The notes: generated by a model from the sequence alone, not told the origin. Numbered from the stretch's first letter, positions 1 to 8,910 are shown. The stretch is 32,000 nt of DNA from Fibrobacter succinogenes subsp. succinogenes S85 (GCF_000146505.1 NC_017448.1:1530001-1562000), one strand, 5' to 3'. A program made the numbers and translations.

Positions 1-125
1 TTTTTTTAGAAAAATACAAAATTTCAGTGCTCAAATGTGTAAAAATCTCATTTTTTACATTTTTTTTGTGGACTTTACGTTTTTTTGAACAAAAAAGCTA
101 TGATTTAAATATTAGGAGTTTTTTT

Positions 126-878
126 ATGAATTTACTAGACGTTATTGCCAAAGCAAAAAAAGAAAAAGCAAAGACGCTCGACCTTTCCCAGAAAGGCCTG
201 CGCCTCCTCCCCCCGGAACTTTTTGAAATTGAGTCCCTTGAGGAACTGAACCTCGACCGGAACATGCTTGTCGAAATTCCCGACGACATCGGCCTCCTCA
301 AGAACCTGAAGAGCCTCTCCGTGAGCGAAAACGACCTCATGGAACTGCCGGAATCCATCGGTGAGCTCACCAAGCTTGAAAACCTCTATCTCGGCTACAA
401 CAGCCTTTCGGACCTTCCGGAATCTGTCGGCAAGCTCGTGAACCTCCAGACGGTGAACATTGCCAAAAACCAGCTTCTGGACCTGCCGCTCGAAATCGGC
501 AACTGGCAGAAGGTCGTGAAGCTCTCGCTCCACGACAACATGCTCTCCGAAATTCCGCCGACCATCGGCAAGATGAAGAGCCTCGTGAAGCTCTACCTCG
601 ACAACAATGAACTTTCAACCATCCCGGCAACGCTCTCGCACCTCGAGAACCTCGAAATCCTCATGATTTCCGGAAACCGCCTGGGAGCCATTCCGTCTGA
701 ATTCGGCAACCTGAAGAACCTCCGTGAACAGGTACTCGACGCAAACCAGCTCGCCACGCTCCCGGAAAGCCTCGCCGAATGCGAAAACCTCAAGACCATC
801 TCCATCATCGAAAACCCGATGGAAGAAGGAGTTCCTCGCGTGCTCCTCGACAAGAAGGGCCTGAGCATCGACCAGTAG
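126..878 (+). CDS. Leucine-rich repeat (LRR) protein, about 10 tandem 23-aa repeats, no signal peptide
   Basis: The track ORF 27..878 starts at GTG. The first ATG at 126 is preceded by AGGAG (114-118). The translation shows LxxLxLxxNxLxxLP repeats with a 23-aa (69-nt) period, e.g. LEELNLDRNMLVEIP, LKSLSVSENDLMELP, LENLYLGYNSLSDLP. Confidence 0.85.
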   Translation: MNLLDVIAKAKKEKAKTLDLSQKGLRLLPPELFEIESLEELNLDRNMLVEIPDDIGLLKNLKSLSVSENDLMELPESIGELTKLENLYLGYNSLSDLPESVGKLVNLQTVNIAKNQLLDLPLEIGNWQKVVKLSLHDNMLSEIPPTIGKMKSLVKLYLDNNELSTIPATLSHLENLEILMISGNRLGAIPSEFGNLKNLREQVLDANQLATLPESLAECENLKTISIIENPMEEGVPRVLLDKKGLSIDQ

Positions 879-946
879 TATTTGGCGAAAGAACGCCACT
901 CCGTGGCTACAGACGAGAGACAAAAAAATTAAGGAGGAAATAGAGG

Positions 947-2305
947 ATGAATTCACAAACAAAATTCGTTCGTCACTTCTTTAAATTTTTTTCTCCCGCC
1001 TCTCGTCTGGCATCACTCGTCTTTATTCTCCTATTAGCCGCTTGCTCGGATTTTTTCCATCCAGTCAAGAGCACTCCGAAGCCCAAGTCCGAATACGCAT
1101 TCAATTACTGGCTCCTGCAAAACGTCTACATGTATGAGGACGAACTCCCCAACCTGCAAGAAGACGGGGATTCCGTCCAAATTTTATATACAACGCTCAA
1201 AGACCCCTACACGCGGTACATTCCCCCAGCCAATAGCAACCAAGCCATCACCCAACTCAACACAAGCCTTGTTGAAGGCGATGTCGGAATGCGCTACTTA
1301 TACAACTGGAGCAATGAGTACCCTATCTCCATCGATCGCGTTTATCCCAAAGGCCCAGCCGGCAGGGCCGGAGTTCCGAGACATGGCAACATCCTTAAAG
1401 CAAACGACATAGAGCTCTCTGGAGAAACCGCTGCTACGGTCTACGACTCCATTCTAAATTACAGCAAAAACATCGACATTCTCGTAGCGCATAACGGCGA
1501 TACAACGGCCTACAAACTGGAAAAGGAAACTGTCTACGCACCGACAGTCTTTGTTGATACTCTCTTCGAAAATTCTGACGAAGGATATCCGGGGCTTATA
1601 TTCATTGCCATCGAAGGATTCAAGCTCAATACTGCGGACCAGAAAAAAGGCACTTACGGAGAACTCAAGGCCTACCTGGATTCCACCACTTCGGACAAGC
1701 GAGTCCGCGTCCTGGACCTGAGGGGTAACCCCGGCGGGCATGTAAGCCAGTGCATTTCCATGGCAGATCTCTTTGTTAGCAAAGGAACTCTTTCGACAAA
1801 GCGCTCACGCACGCTGGATGCCGACGGAAAATCAGTCATTCACACCTCAAGTGAAAAAGCCAAAGCCGGAGACATCGGAGAATCAGGGAAATACATCATC
1901 CTAGCCAACCGAGGTTCCGCTAGCGCTTCTGAGATTTTCATATCGGCAGTCACCGAACTGACAGACATCCCTCTCGTCGGCACAAGGACTTACGGCAAAG
2001 GCATTGGACAGACAACGTTCCATACATACGCCGGTGGGCTCGCCATCATTACCAATTATGAATTTTTAACGCCCAAGGGAAATTCCTACCACGGCGAAGG
2101 CATCACTCCCAAATACGAATGCACCAATACCGTTGGAGAAGTCTGCGCATCCAAAATCGCACATGATCTTTATGGCGTCAAAACGCCTTACCAAGAAGTC
2201 AAGGCACTCGCCAAGCCGTACCGAGAAATGAAAGACGACATCAATGAATTTGATGGAGGAGCTATAGAATGGGAAGAAGGCAATTTTGTTCCATATCGTT
2301 TTTAA
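947..2305 (+). CDS. S41-family (C-terminal processing / tail-specific type) serine peptidase, lipoprotein
   Basis: ATG 947 follows AAGGAGG. Lipobox LLAAC. S41-like motifs: DLRGNPGGHV, ANRGSASASEIF (Ser nucleophile region) and TYGKGIGQT (Lys region). Confidence 0.85.
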   Translation: MNSQTKFVRHFFKFFSPASRLASLVFILLLAACSDFFHPVKSTPKPKSEYAFNYWLLQNVYMYEDELPNLQEDGDSVQILYTTLKDPYTRYIPPANSNQAITQLNTSLVEGDVGMRYLYNWSNEYPISIDRVYPKGPAGRAGVPRHGNILKANDIELSGETAATVYDSILNYSKNIDILVAHNGDTTAYKLEKETVYAPTVFVDTLFENSDEGYPGLIFIAIEGFKLNTADQKKGTYGELKAYLDSTTSDKRVRVLDLRGNPGGHVSQCISMADLFVSKGTLSTKRSRTLDADGKSVIHTSSEKAKAGDIGESGKYIILANRGSASASEIFISAVTELTDIPLVGTRTYGKGIGQTTFHTYAGGLAIITNYEFLTPKGNSYHGEGITPKYECTNTVGEVCASKIAHDLYGVKTPYQEVKALAKPYREMKDDINEFDGGAIEWEEGNFVPYRF

Positions 2306-3636
2306 CCATTGCCATTTTAAGCATTGGCCTTTCTGCCTGTTCTTCTGACGACGATTCCGTATCGGCCTGGACTGGGCTAACCCCTACCGCCTTCGGGATG
2401 ACTAAAGAATTTGTCTACAATTACAATTCACTCTACTACCTGTATATAGACAAGGACAAATACCTTGACAGCCCTGAAAGCTATATCGGCAAAGTGAACA
2501 CTCAATTTCTAGTGGATGAAGGATACCCTTGGGATTTCCATGACATTTACTACATGTACGCATTGATGAACGACCCGTTCACCAACTACATGGACCCCAC
2601 AAGGGCGCTTACATACATCAGTTCCTGGATGTCTTCCGAAGAACTGATGGGGGCAGGCTTTGAGCTTGATTCCTTGAAAATGCCCGATAAATACATCATC
2701 GGTCAAATTGACAGAAATTCACCGGCTGACAAAGCGGGACTGAAAGTAGGCGACGAAATTACCGAAATCGAAGGGGTTTCCCTGACAAACGAAACTGTTT
2801 TCAAGAGACTGACCGTTGCCGAGAGAGGCGATACAATCACCTACACCATCAAACGCGACACGACAACATTGACGATTCCCGTAGTCATAGATTCTTACCG
2901 TTCGCCAACTGTAGACATTTCATTCAAGGACTCCATCCCCGTCATCAAGATTAGCGAATTTACCGCATACACTTCTAACGACTCCGGCACTTACGGGGAA
3001 TTTGTCGAATACCTCCGCGAAACAGAAAAATACAAGACAACAATTATCGACTTGCGTTACAACGGAGGTGGGGACCTCGATCAATGCATCGCCATGGCAC
3101 AAACTTTGCTTTCTAAAGGCGATACAACCATAGGCATCATTTCAGCTTACGCTGACACTATTCACAAGAGACAAGCTTTCGATACGACTTTCTATATCAA
3201 CAAAACAGACGGCTTTGCCAAAGACCGCTATTTCGTATTTCTCGCCAACGGAAGGACGGCTAGCTGTTCTGAAGTCATGATTGCAGGAACTGTAGCCAAC
3301 AAGAAATACCCGGTTATCGGAACAGTCACATACGGCAAGGGCATCGGCCAAACACGTTCCGTCACCCCATCCTATTCAATAGCGTCCATCACCAGCATGA
3401 AAGTCATCGACAAGCAAAGGATAAGCTACCACAAGTACGGCATCATGCCGGATTTCACCTTGAGCGATGATGACGAGGCACTTGAAAAAGCGGTGGCACT
3501 CGCCAAAGATCAAAGCTACGTTCGAATTGCCGGGTACGGAACGGTAAATACGGGAAACTTCGCGAAGATGGCAGTAGAACCCGACTCCATGCCGGGATTC
3601 TACCTTTTGCCGAATGAATACCGAAAAAAGTTTTAG
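2269..3636 (+). CDS. S41-family serine peptidase with PDZ domain, lipoprotein (paralog of the upstream gene)
   Basis: ATG 2269 is preceded by GGAGGAG and overlaps the upstream CDS by 37 nt. Signal peptide with lipobox LSAC. PDZ-like NSPADKAGLKVGDEITEIEG. S41 motifs LRYNGGGDLDQC, ANGRTASCSEVM and TYGKGIGQT. Confidence 0.85.
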   Translation: MGRRQFCSISFLTIAILSIGLSACSSDDDSVSAWTGLTPTAFGMTKEFVYNYNSLYYLYIDKDKYLDSPESYIGKVNTQFLVDEGYPWDFHDIYYMYALMNDPFTNYMDPTRALTYISSWMSSEELMGAGFELDSLKMPDKYIIGQIDRNSPADKAGLKVGDEITEIEGVSLTNETVFKRLTVAERGDTITYTIKRDTTTLTIPVVIDSYRSPTVDISFKDSIPVIKISEFTAYTSNDSGTYGEFVEYLRETEKYKTTIIDLRYNGGGDLDQCIAMAQTLLSKGDTTIGIISAYADTIHKRQAFDTTFYINKTDGFAKDRYFVFLANGRTASCSEVMIAGTVANKKYPVIGTVTYGKGIGQTRSVTPSYSIASITSMKVIDKQRISYHKYGIMPDFTLSDDDEALEKAVALAKDQSYVRIAGYGTVNTGNFAKMAVEPDSMPGFYLLPNEYRKKF

Positions 3637-3703
3637 ACGAAAGAGGCTGTAAACAACAAGTAGCGAGCAACCTCTCGTCTCTAGTCTCTCGTCTATTGTC
3701 TAA

Positions 3704-5011
3704 CTACTTCAGCACGCGCATGCGGACCATGACGTCCGTATCGTTGACCTTGACAGCAGGCGATGCAAGCGTAAGCTCGATTTCCTTGCGGATATCGGCC
3801 ACCTGCTTTTTGAGGCGGGCCATACGATTGCCTTCAAGCTTCGGAGTTGCAATCATCGTCTTCTTGGCCGGGTTCATCCAGTTGCCACGATTGTCCTTGA
3901 AACCCAAATGCAAGTGCGGGCCAGTGCTGCGGCCAGTAGAACCCACGCGGCCAATGACCTGACGCGGAGCAACCTTCGTACCGACATTCACACCGCGCAC
4001 GGAAAGGTGCATGTACCAGCTTTCAGTATTATCCCTATGGCGGATGGCAATCTTGTTACCGCTCAAGTCATCGTAACCCGAAACCGTCACGACACCAGCA
4101 GCGACCGCATAGACCGGAGAACCCTTGGGGCTACCGTAGTCAATACCGTGATGCACAGTGCGACGACCCGTAATCGGGTGGATGCGGGCGCCATAAGGGC
4201 TCGTGATATGCAAACGGTCGAGCGGGTAACGGAGACCTTCGAAAATGAGAGCTTCACCCTTTTCAGTGTAATGAGCGTTAAACGTACTCTTCGGATCCGG
4301 ATCTTCATAGCGGAACGCTTCATGATGGCCCACCGTATGGCCGTTAAATTCAGCATAGAGCACCTTGCCACTAATCCAGATGGAATCCTGATAGAACTTT
4401 TCTTCGAGCAAGATGCGGAACTTGTCACCCGGACGAGCCAATTGGAAAGAGACCTTGCACTGCAAAACGGCACTCACAACGCCCACCATACGACCGGGAA
4501 TACCGACCTTGTGCAAAATGCCACTTAGCGTACTCCCATTTTCAAGAGCTCCTTCAAAAACGGACTGACGGATCGTTACCGGCTTATCAATACGGCTATA
4601 GGCAAAACCGGAATCTACCTTGCTCAACATATGGACGGTCGCCGGGTTCGGCGCAAAGCGGAAACGCTGGACATCGCCTGCGGTATCGAGAGCGGCATAA
4701 AACACCTGGCCCACGCGGAGTGCGGCAAGTTCAACAGAGTCCTGCAAGGCAAGCACAATCTTACCGCGTTCCTTTTCGTTGATGTTCATGCGGTAAAGCA
4801 CCTGGAAAAGACCATCCCCCGCACGGACAGTATCATTTTTCACAAGCCACTTCGAAGTTTCGCCCTGAGCTTTAGAAATCAAAGCCTTCAAAGAATCGGC
4901 GGCGGCAACAAGCCTTGCATTTTCTTGAGTCAATGCATCAATTTTTTTCTGTTCGTTACATCCGGTAAGCGCAATCGCTACAACACACAACAAAAGGAAA
5001 ATTCTGGACAT
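3704..5011 (-). CDS. M23-family metallopeptidase (peptidoglycan DD-endopeptidase type), lipoprotein
   Basis: M23 signature: HHGIDYGSPKGSPVYAVAAG ... YMHLS ... GRVGSTGRSTGPHLH. Lipobox LTGC. The track start at 5017 is GTG; the ATG at 5011 (MSRIFLLL...) is preferred. Confidence 0.9.
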   Translation of the reverse strand: MSRIFLLLCVVAIALTGCNEQKKIDALTQENARLVAAADSLKALISKAQGETSKWLVKNDTVRAGDGLFQVLYRMNINEKERGKIVLALQDSVELAALRVGQVFYAALDTAGDVQRFRFAPNPATVHMLSKVDSGFAYSRIDKPVTIRQSVFEGALENGSTLSGILHKVGIPGRMVGVVSAVLQCKVSFQLARPGDKFRILLEEKFYQDSIWISGKVLYAEFNGHTVGHHEAFRYEDPDPKSTFNAHYTEKGEALIFEGLRYPLDRLHITSPYGARIHPITGRRTVHHGIDYGSPKGSPVYAVAAGVVTVSGYDDLSGNKIAIRHRDNTESWYMHLSVRGVNVGTKVAPRQVIGRVGSTGRSTGPHLHLGFKDNRGNWMNPAKKTMIATPKLEGNRMARLKKQVADIRKEIELTLASPAVKVNDTDVMVRMRVLK

Positions 5012-5044
5012 AAACACCCGCTCTTAAAAAATTCAAAAGCAAAG

Positions 5045-5076
5045 ATAAAAAATACCCCGCGCGGATGGGCGCGAGG
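5045..5076 (-). terminator. Rho-independent terminator downstream of the FKBP gene
   Basis: An 8-bp GC-rich stem (plus-strand text CCCCGCGC 5055-5062 / GCGCGAGG 5069-5076, one G-U pair on the minus transcript) with a 6-nt loop. It is followed on the minus strand by a TATTTTTT tail (A-run 5045-5052). Confidence 0.55.
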
Positions 5077-5104
5077 CATTCAATTTCAAGCGGATTGCTT
5101 AAGA

Positions 5105-5920
5105 TTACTGCTGAGCAGCAGCCTTCTTAGCAGCCTTAGCAGGCTTCTTCTGTTCCTGCTTAGCAGGCTTCTGTTCTTCAGCAGGCTTTTCCGGAGCGAT
5201 CACTTCGAGAAGTTCCATTTCGAACTTGAGGACAGAGTTGCCCGGGATAGCACGGTTGCCACGCGGACCGTAAGCGAGATCGCTCGGAATCCATGCGACG
5301 ACCTTTTCGCCAACCTTCATGAGCTTGAGCATTTCAGTCCAGCCAGAGATAACGGCCGTGACCGGGAATTCAAGCGGCTGACCACGGTCGACAGAGCTGT
5401 CGAACTTGGTGCCATCGAGGAGCGTACCGGTGTAGTGTACCTTGACCTTGTCTTCGTCCGTCGGGGTGGCACCCTGACCTTCTTGAATAATCTTGTACTG
5501 GAGACCGCTCTGCGTGGTCACGACACCTTCGGCAGTCTTGTTCTGAGCGAGGAATGCTTCACCATCGGCCTTGTTCTTTTCGGCAGCGAGGCTATCCTTT
5601 CTTGCCTTTTCAGCCTGACGGTCAGCAGAAAGCTTGTTGAGCGTTTCCATAATGACGGAATCGTTCATCAAGAACTTTGCAGAATCGCTATTGTAGCGTT
5701 CCTTGAAAGCCTGAATGAAGAGGTCGAGATCGAGATCGATGGAATCGCGAGTCACGAGCTGGAAGCGAGCCTGGTTACCAAAATGAGCACCGAGAGCGTA
5801 GCTGTACTTGTCCTTTTCAGTCACAAGTGAGGTCTTTTCGGTAGAAGCAGATTTGCACGGTTCACAACCCGTCATAAGCATGGCAAGAGCGCCAGCTGCA
5901 ATAAGCATTTTAGTCTTCAT
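5105..5920 (-). CDS. FKBP-type peptidyl-prolyl cis-trans isomerase (FkpA/Mip-like), lipoprotein
   Basis: ATG preceded by GAGGA. Lipobox MTGC. FKBP C-domain SGLQYKIIQEGQG...VKVHYTGTLLDGTKFDSSVDRGQPLEF...VISGW...AYGPRG. Lys/Ala/Pro-rich C-terminal tail. Confidence 0.9.
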   Translation of the reverse strand: MKTKMLIAAGALAMLMTGCEPCKSASTEKTSLVTEKDKYSYALGAHFGNQARFQLVTRDSIDLDLDLFIQAFKERYNSDSAKFLMNDSVIMETLNKLSADRQAEKARKDSLAAEKNKADGEAFLAQNKTAEGVVTTQSGLQYKIIQEGQGATPTDEDKVKVHYTGTLLDGTKFDSSVDRGQPLEFPVTAVISGWTEMLKLMKVGEKVVAWIPSDLAYGPRGNRAIPGNSVLKFEMELLEVIAPEKPAEEQKPAKQEQKKPAKAAKKAAAQQ

Positions 5921-6049
5921 TTTTATCCTCTATGAAAAAATAGACGTTCTTAAAATAGTAAAACAAACCACATAAAGCTTACAATAATTTTCTTTTTACC
6001 TTTACATTTAGTATATTTTCCGCTATCAATTAAACTATCAGGAAATATT

Positions 6050-7879
6050 ATGTGCGGAATTATCGGATATAATGGAAAAGGGGAAGCTTTACCGGTCCTC
6101 GTCGAAGGACTCAAGAAAATGGAATACCGAGGCTATGATAGCTCAGGTGTTGCCGTCATTGATAACGGTCAAATAAAAGTTGTCCGTGCATCCGGAAAAA
6201 TCAAGGCTCTCGAAGACAAATTAAAGACCACCCCGCTCAAGGGTTCTATTGGCATTGCCCACACGCGCTGGGCCACCCATGGCGCCCCCACCGAAACAAA
6301 CGCACACCCTCATACAAGCTATGACGGAAAGATTTCGATTGTCCACAACGGCATTATCGAAAACTACGCAAGCCTCAAGGCGAAGCTCATCTCCGAAGGT
6401 ATTGAATTCAAGTCTGAGACCGATACCGAAGTCGTAGCCCACCTGATTGCACGCTATTACAATGGCGACCTCAAATCCGCCGTACTCAAGGCTCTCAAGC
6501 AGATTGAAGGTACTTTCGGTCTTGGCGTTGTTTGCAGCGACGAACCGAACGTCTTGATTGGCGCCCGCCGTGGAAGTCCTCTCATTTTGGGTATCGGAAA
6601 CGATGGCGATTTCTACCTCGCGAGTGACGTTTCCGCCATCATCAACCACACGCAGAAAGTCGTTTACCTTGATGACAACGACGTTGTCCAAATCAAGGAT
6701 GGCGGCTATTCCATCGTGAACATGAGCAGCCACGAAGTGCAGCGCGAAGTCCAGGACGTGGAATTCGACGCCGATGCAGTCGCCAAGGGCGGATTCCCGC
6801 ACTTCATGCTCAAGGAAATTTTCGAACAGCCCGAAGTATTGCGCAATACCATGCGCGGTCGTTTGCTCACCGCCGAAGGCAACGCAAAGCTCGCTGGCCT
6901 CGACACGAACATCAAGGAACTCCGTAACATCAACCGCATCATCATCACCGCCTGCGGCACAAGCTACTATGCAGGCATGGTCGGTGAATACATGATTGAA
7001 GACTTGGCTGGCGTCCCGGTCGAAGTCGAATACGCTTCGGAATTCCGCTACAGAAACCCGATTATCAAGCCGGGAACTCTCGTCATTGCCATCAGCCAGT
7101 CCGGCGAAACTGCAGATACGCTCGCCGCTCTCCGCGAAGCCCAGCAGAAAGGCGCAACCGCACTCGCCATCTGTAACGGTGTCGGTTCGACGATCGCTCG
7201 CACAAGCGACGGTGGCGTCTACCTGCACGCCGGTCCGGAAATCGGCGTGGCCAGCACCAAGGCTTTCACAAGCCAGGTGACCGTGCTCGCCATGATTGCC
7301 CTCTTGCTCGGCCGCCAACGCAGACTCAGCTTTGAAACAGGCGCCGACATCGTGAAGGACCTTTTGGAACTTCCGGATCTCGTGACGGAAACGCTCAAGC
7401 TCTCCGACAGCATCGCCGAAATTGCCAAGACGCTCTGCAAGGCAAACAACTTCTTGTACCTCGGTCGCCACTTCTGCTACCCGGTCGCCATGGAAGGCGC
7501 TTTGAAGCTCAAGGAAATCAGCTACATCCACGCCGAAGGCTACCCCGCTGCAGAAATGAAGCACGGTCCGATTGCCCTTATCGACGAAAACATGCCGGTC
7601 GTGGTCATCGCCCCGAAGGATTCGCTCTTCGACAAGATCATCAGCAATATCCGCGAAATCAAGGCTCGCGGAGGCAAGGTCATCGCCGTCACGACGGAAG
7701 ATTGCCACCCACTTGACGAAATCGCTGACCACATCATCACAGTCCCGAAGACCCGCCCGATGCTCATGCCGATTCTCGCCTGCATTCCGCTCCAGTTGCT
7801 CGCCTACCACATCGCCGTGTTGCGCGGAAACGACGTGGACCAGCCGAGAAACCTTGCCAAGAGCGTGACGGTGGAATAA
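6050..7879 (+). CDS. glmS: Glutamine--fructose-6-phosphate aminotransferase (isomerizing)
   Basis: N-terminal MCGIIGY (Ntn Cys), 609 aa, two SIS domains (ACGTSYYAG, SQSGETADT) and the C-terminal ...DQPRNLAKSVTVE typical of GlmS. Confidence 0.98.
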   Translation: MCGIIGYNGKGEALPVLVEGLKKMEYRGYDSSGVAVIDNGQIKVVRASGKIKALEDKLKTTPLKGSIGIAHTRWATHGAPTETNAHPHTSYDGKISIVHNGIIENYASLKAKLISEGIEFKSETDTEVVAHLIARYYNGDLKSAVLKALKQIEGTFGLGVVCSDEPNVLIGARRGSPLILGIGNDGDFYLASDVSAIINHTQKVVYLDDNDVVQIKDGGYSIVNMSSHEVQREVQDVEFDADAVAKGGFPHFMLKEIFEQPEVLRNTMRGRLLTAEGNAKLAGLDTNIKELRNINRIIITACGTSYYAGMVGEYMIEDLAGVPVEVEYASEFRYRNPIIKPGTLVIAISQSGETADTLAALREAQQKGATALAICNGVGSTIARTSDGGVYLHAGPEIGVASTKAFTSQVTVLAMIALLLGRQRRLSFETGADIVKDLLELPDLVTETLKLSDSIAEIAKTLCKANNFLYLGRHFCYPVAMEGALKLKEISYIHAEGYPAAEMKHGPIALIDENMPVVVIAPKDSLFDKIISNIREIKARGGKVIAVTTEDCHPLDEIADHIITVPKTRPMLMPILACIPLQLLAYHIAVLRGNDVDQPRNLAKSVTVE

Positions 7880-7911
7880 GGGTAATTCGGAATTAGGAAT
7901 TTCCAAAGCGC

Positions 7912-7938
7912 AAACCCCTCCCTGACGGGAGGGGCTTT
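7912..7938. terminator. GC-rich hairpin between convergent glmS and the frameshifted gene (possible bidirectional terminator)
   Basis: Stem CCCCTCCC (7915-7922) / GGGAGGGG (7927-7934), loop TGAC, extended by AAA/TTT with one bulged C. The T tracts on both sides are weak. Confidence 0.5.
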
Positions 7939-7970
7939 GTGCTATATACAAGCTCACCAGAAAGTCAGAT

Positions 7971-8562
7971 TCAATACCGAGGCAAGAAAAATCCCTTAAT
8001 ACATTCTTTATTACGAACACACACTTGGATATGATTCTTATCTCCAAATTGAGTTCCCGGATAAGCTGGAGCTCCTTCAGTAAATGCACCGCGAGCAGTA
8101 TCAAAATAAGGAATATTTTCGGCAATATCCCTTAAAGAATGCAAATGTTCTATCAAAAAAACAATCCAAATACCTTAGAACTCCACTAGGATTTGGTTTT
8201 CCTTTTAAATCCGTATTTTGTGGTATAGGCGCCCCCATTCGCTTTAGATCTATGAGAAATTCAGGATAATCTTTAGAAAGCAATTCAACAAAATGCTTGT
8301 CTGTCAAATCAAGACATTTTTCCAGCGTATAGACGACGCCAATTGCAAACGATTCCTTAAATTTCGGATAATGATTACTCGCCCAATCTAAAGCTCTATC
8401 GTAGTTATTTTCCCACACATAGAATCCATGACCAAGCCATTCATAATCATGAGCACTCATGTGAATGCGATTAGGATGAAGAATTAAATCTATCCCCACT
8501 TTTTTTTCGCAACCATGAAATCCAATATATAAATTAGGACGGTCCAAGTAGATATCGTCCAT
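7971..8562 (-). pseudogene. Frameshifted gene for an uncharacterised ~197-aa protein (fragments 8101..8562 and 7971..8156)
   Basis: Two minus-strand ORFs overlap at an A7 run (8155-8161; T7 on the coding strand). Removing one T joins ...GVLRYLDCF to LIEHLHSLRDIAENIPYFDT...HIQVCVRNKECIKGFF in one frame. ATG 8562 sits 8 nt after the stop of the small upstream ORF, with AAGGA upstream. Confidence 0.6.
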
Positions 8563-8570
8563 AAAAAGGT

Positions 8571-8735
8571 CTATCCTTTAGGCGTTTGAGCCTGGATACA
8601 CCTACGATAAAGAGCAGTCATTCTGCCCGTTTTAGTAAGGATACCCGCTCTTTGCAACCGTCGAAGAGCGGCCTCCCTTGAATGATCCATCGTTTCGATG
8701 GCATGTAAAGTGTCTTTTATCAAATTTTCAGTCAT
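8571..8735 (-). CDS. Small 54-aa protein (MTENLIKDTLHAIETMDHSREAALRRLQRAGILTKTGRMTALYRRCIQAQTPKG), antitoxin-like position
   Basis: Hand translation; too short for the ORF track. ATG 8735 is preceded by AGAGG. Its TAG stop at 8571-8573 lies 8 nt upstream of the next gene's ATG, an operonic arrangement. Confidence 0.45.
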   Translation of the reverse strand: MTENLIKDTLHAIETMDHSREAALRRLQRAGILTKTGRMTALYRRCIQAQTPKG

Positions 8736-8910
8736 AATTATACCTCTATACCATAAATATACAATAAGGGAGAATAAGCAGTCAAGAGGGCGTAATTTCG
8801 GGAAAAAGCCCCCTCATACCACCGAAAAAGGCACATTTAGAGAGTTATAGCGAGGTTTTTGTAAAAAAAAGCTATTCCTTTATCCTTAAATTCTTTTATA
8901 TTTCGAAAAA

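Noticed and set aside
1-125. AT-only hairpins (TGTAAAAA/TTTTTACA around 37-62; T6-GAAC-A6 around 83-98) as terminators or regulatory RNA upstream of the LRR gene
   Set aside because: The stems consist solely of A-T pairs in an extremely AT-rich leader, and the upstream gene is outside the window. The sequence alone does not distinguish them from chance.
911-3694. The 11-mer AGACGAGAGAC at 911-921 (+) and 3684-3694 (-), plus a 10/11 copy at 3671-3680 (-), forming an inverted pair that brackets the two S41 genes
   Set aside because: Exact 11-mer coincidences are expected many times over in 32 kb when both strands are considered. A further 10-mer match lies inside a CDS (1007-1016). The 3'-side copies are more simply part of a shared terminator hairpin between convergent genes. 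There is no mobility gene between them.
5921-6049. Possible glmS ribozyme or riboswitch in the glmS 5' leader
   Set aside because: The spacer is only 129 nt, very AT-rich and shows no stable nested helices. It looks like a plain promoter region (possible TTTACA-N17-TATCAA, then AGGAAA as SD). A covariance-model scan would be needed for a definitive negative.
7880-8000. Tn7-like element inserted at attTn7 downstream of glmS
   Set aside because: No tnsABCD-like, integrase or transposase ORFs occur anywhere in 7.9-15.3 kb. I could find no terminal inverted repeats or arrays of transposase-binding repeats at the glmS-proximal edge. Only the hotspot location and the skewed composition remain; these are reported as the island finding.
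6221-8125. A 634-aa ORF antisense to glmS. Similar long antisense ORFs lie opposite real genes: 4631..5830, 23208..24194, 24596..25921, 28056..29525 and 29957..31147.
   Set aside because: Their translations are low-complexity (R/A/G/V/F/H-rich) with no recognisable motifs. The opposite strands encode unmistakable GlmS, FKBP/M23, HlyD, TolC, VTC/OMF and MFP proteins. Long stop-free antisense frames are the expected by-product of codon bias that avoids TTA, CTA and TCA in the sense frame.
8084-8269. A 61-aa plus-strand ORF overlapping the frameshifted gene; likewise 3696..3962 (+), 9306..9506 (+) and other short in-gene ORFs
   Set aside because: All are fully embedded in, or antisense to, better-supported genes. 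None has a ribosome-binding site or recognisable motifs.
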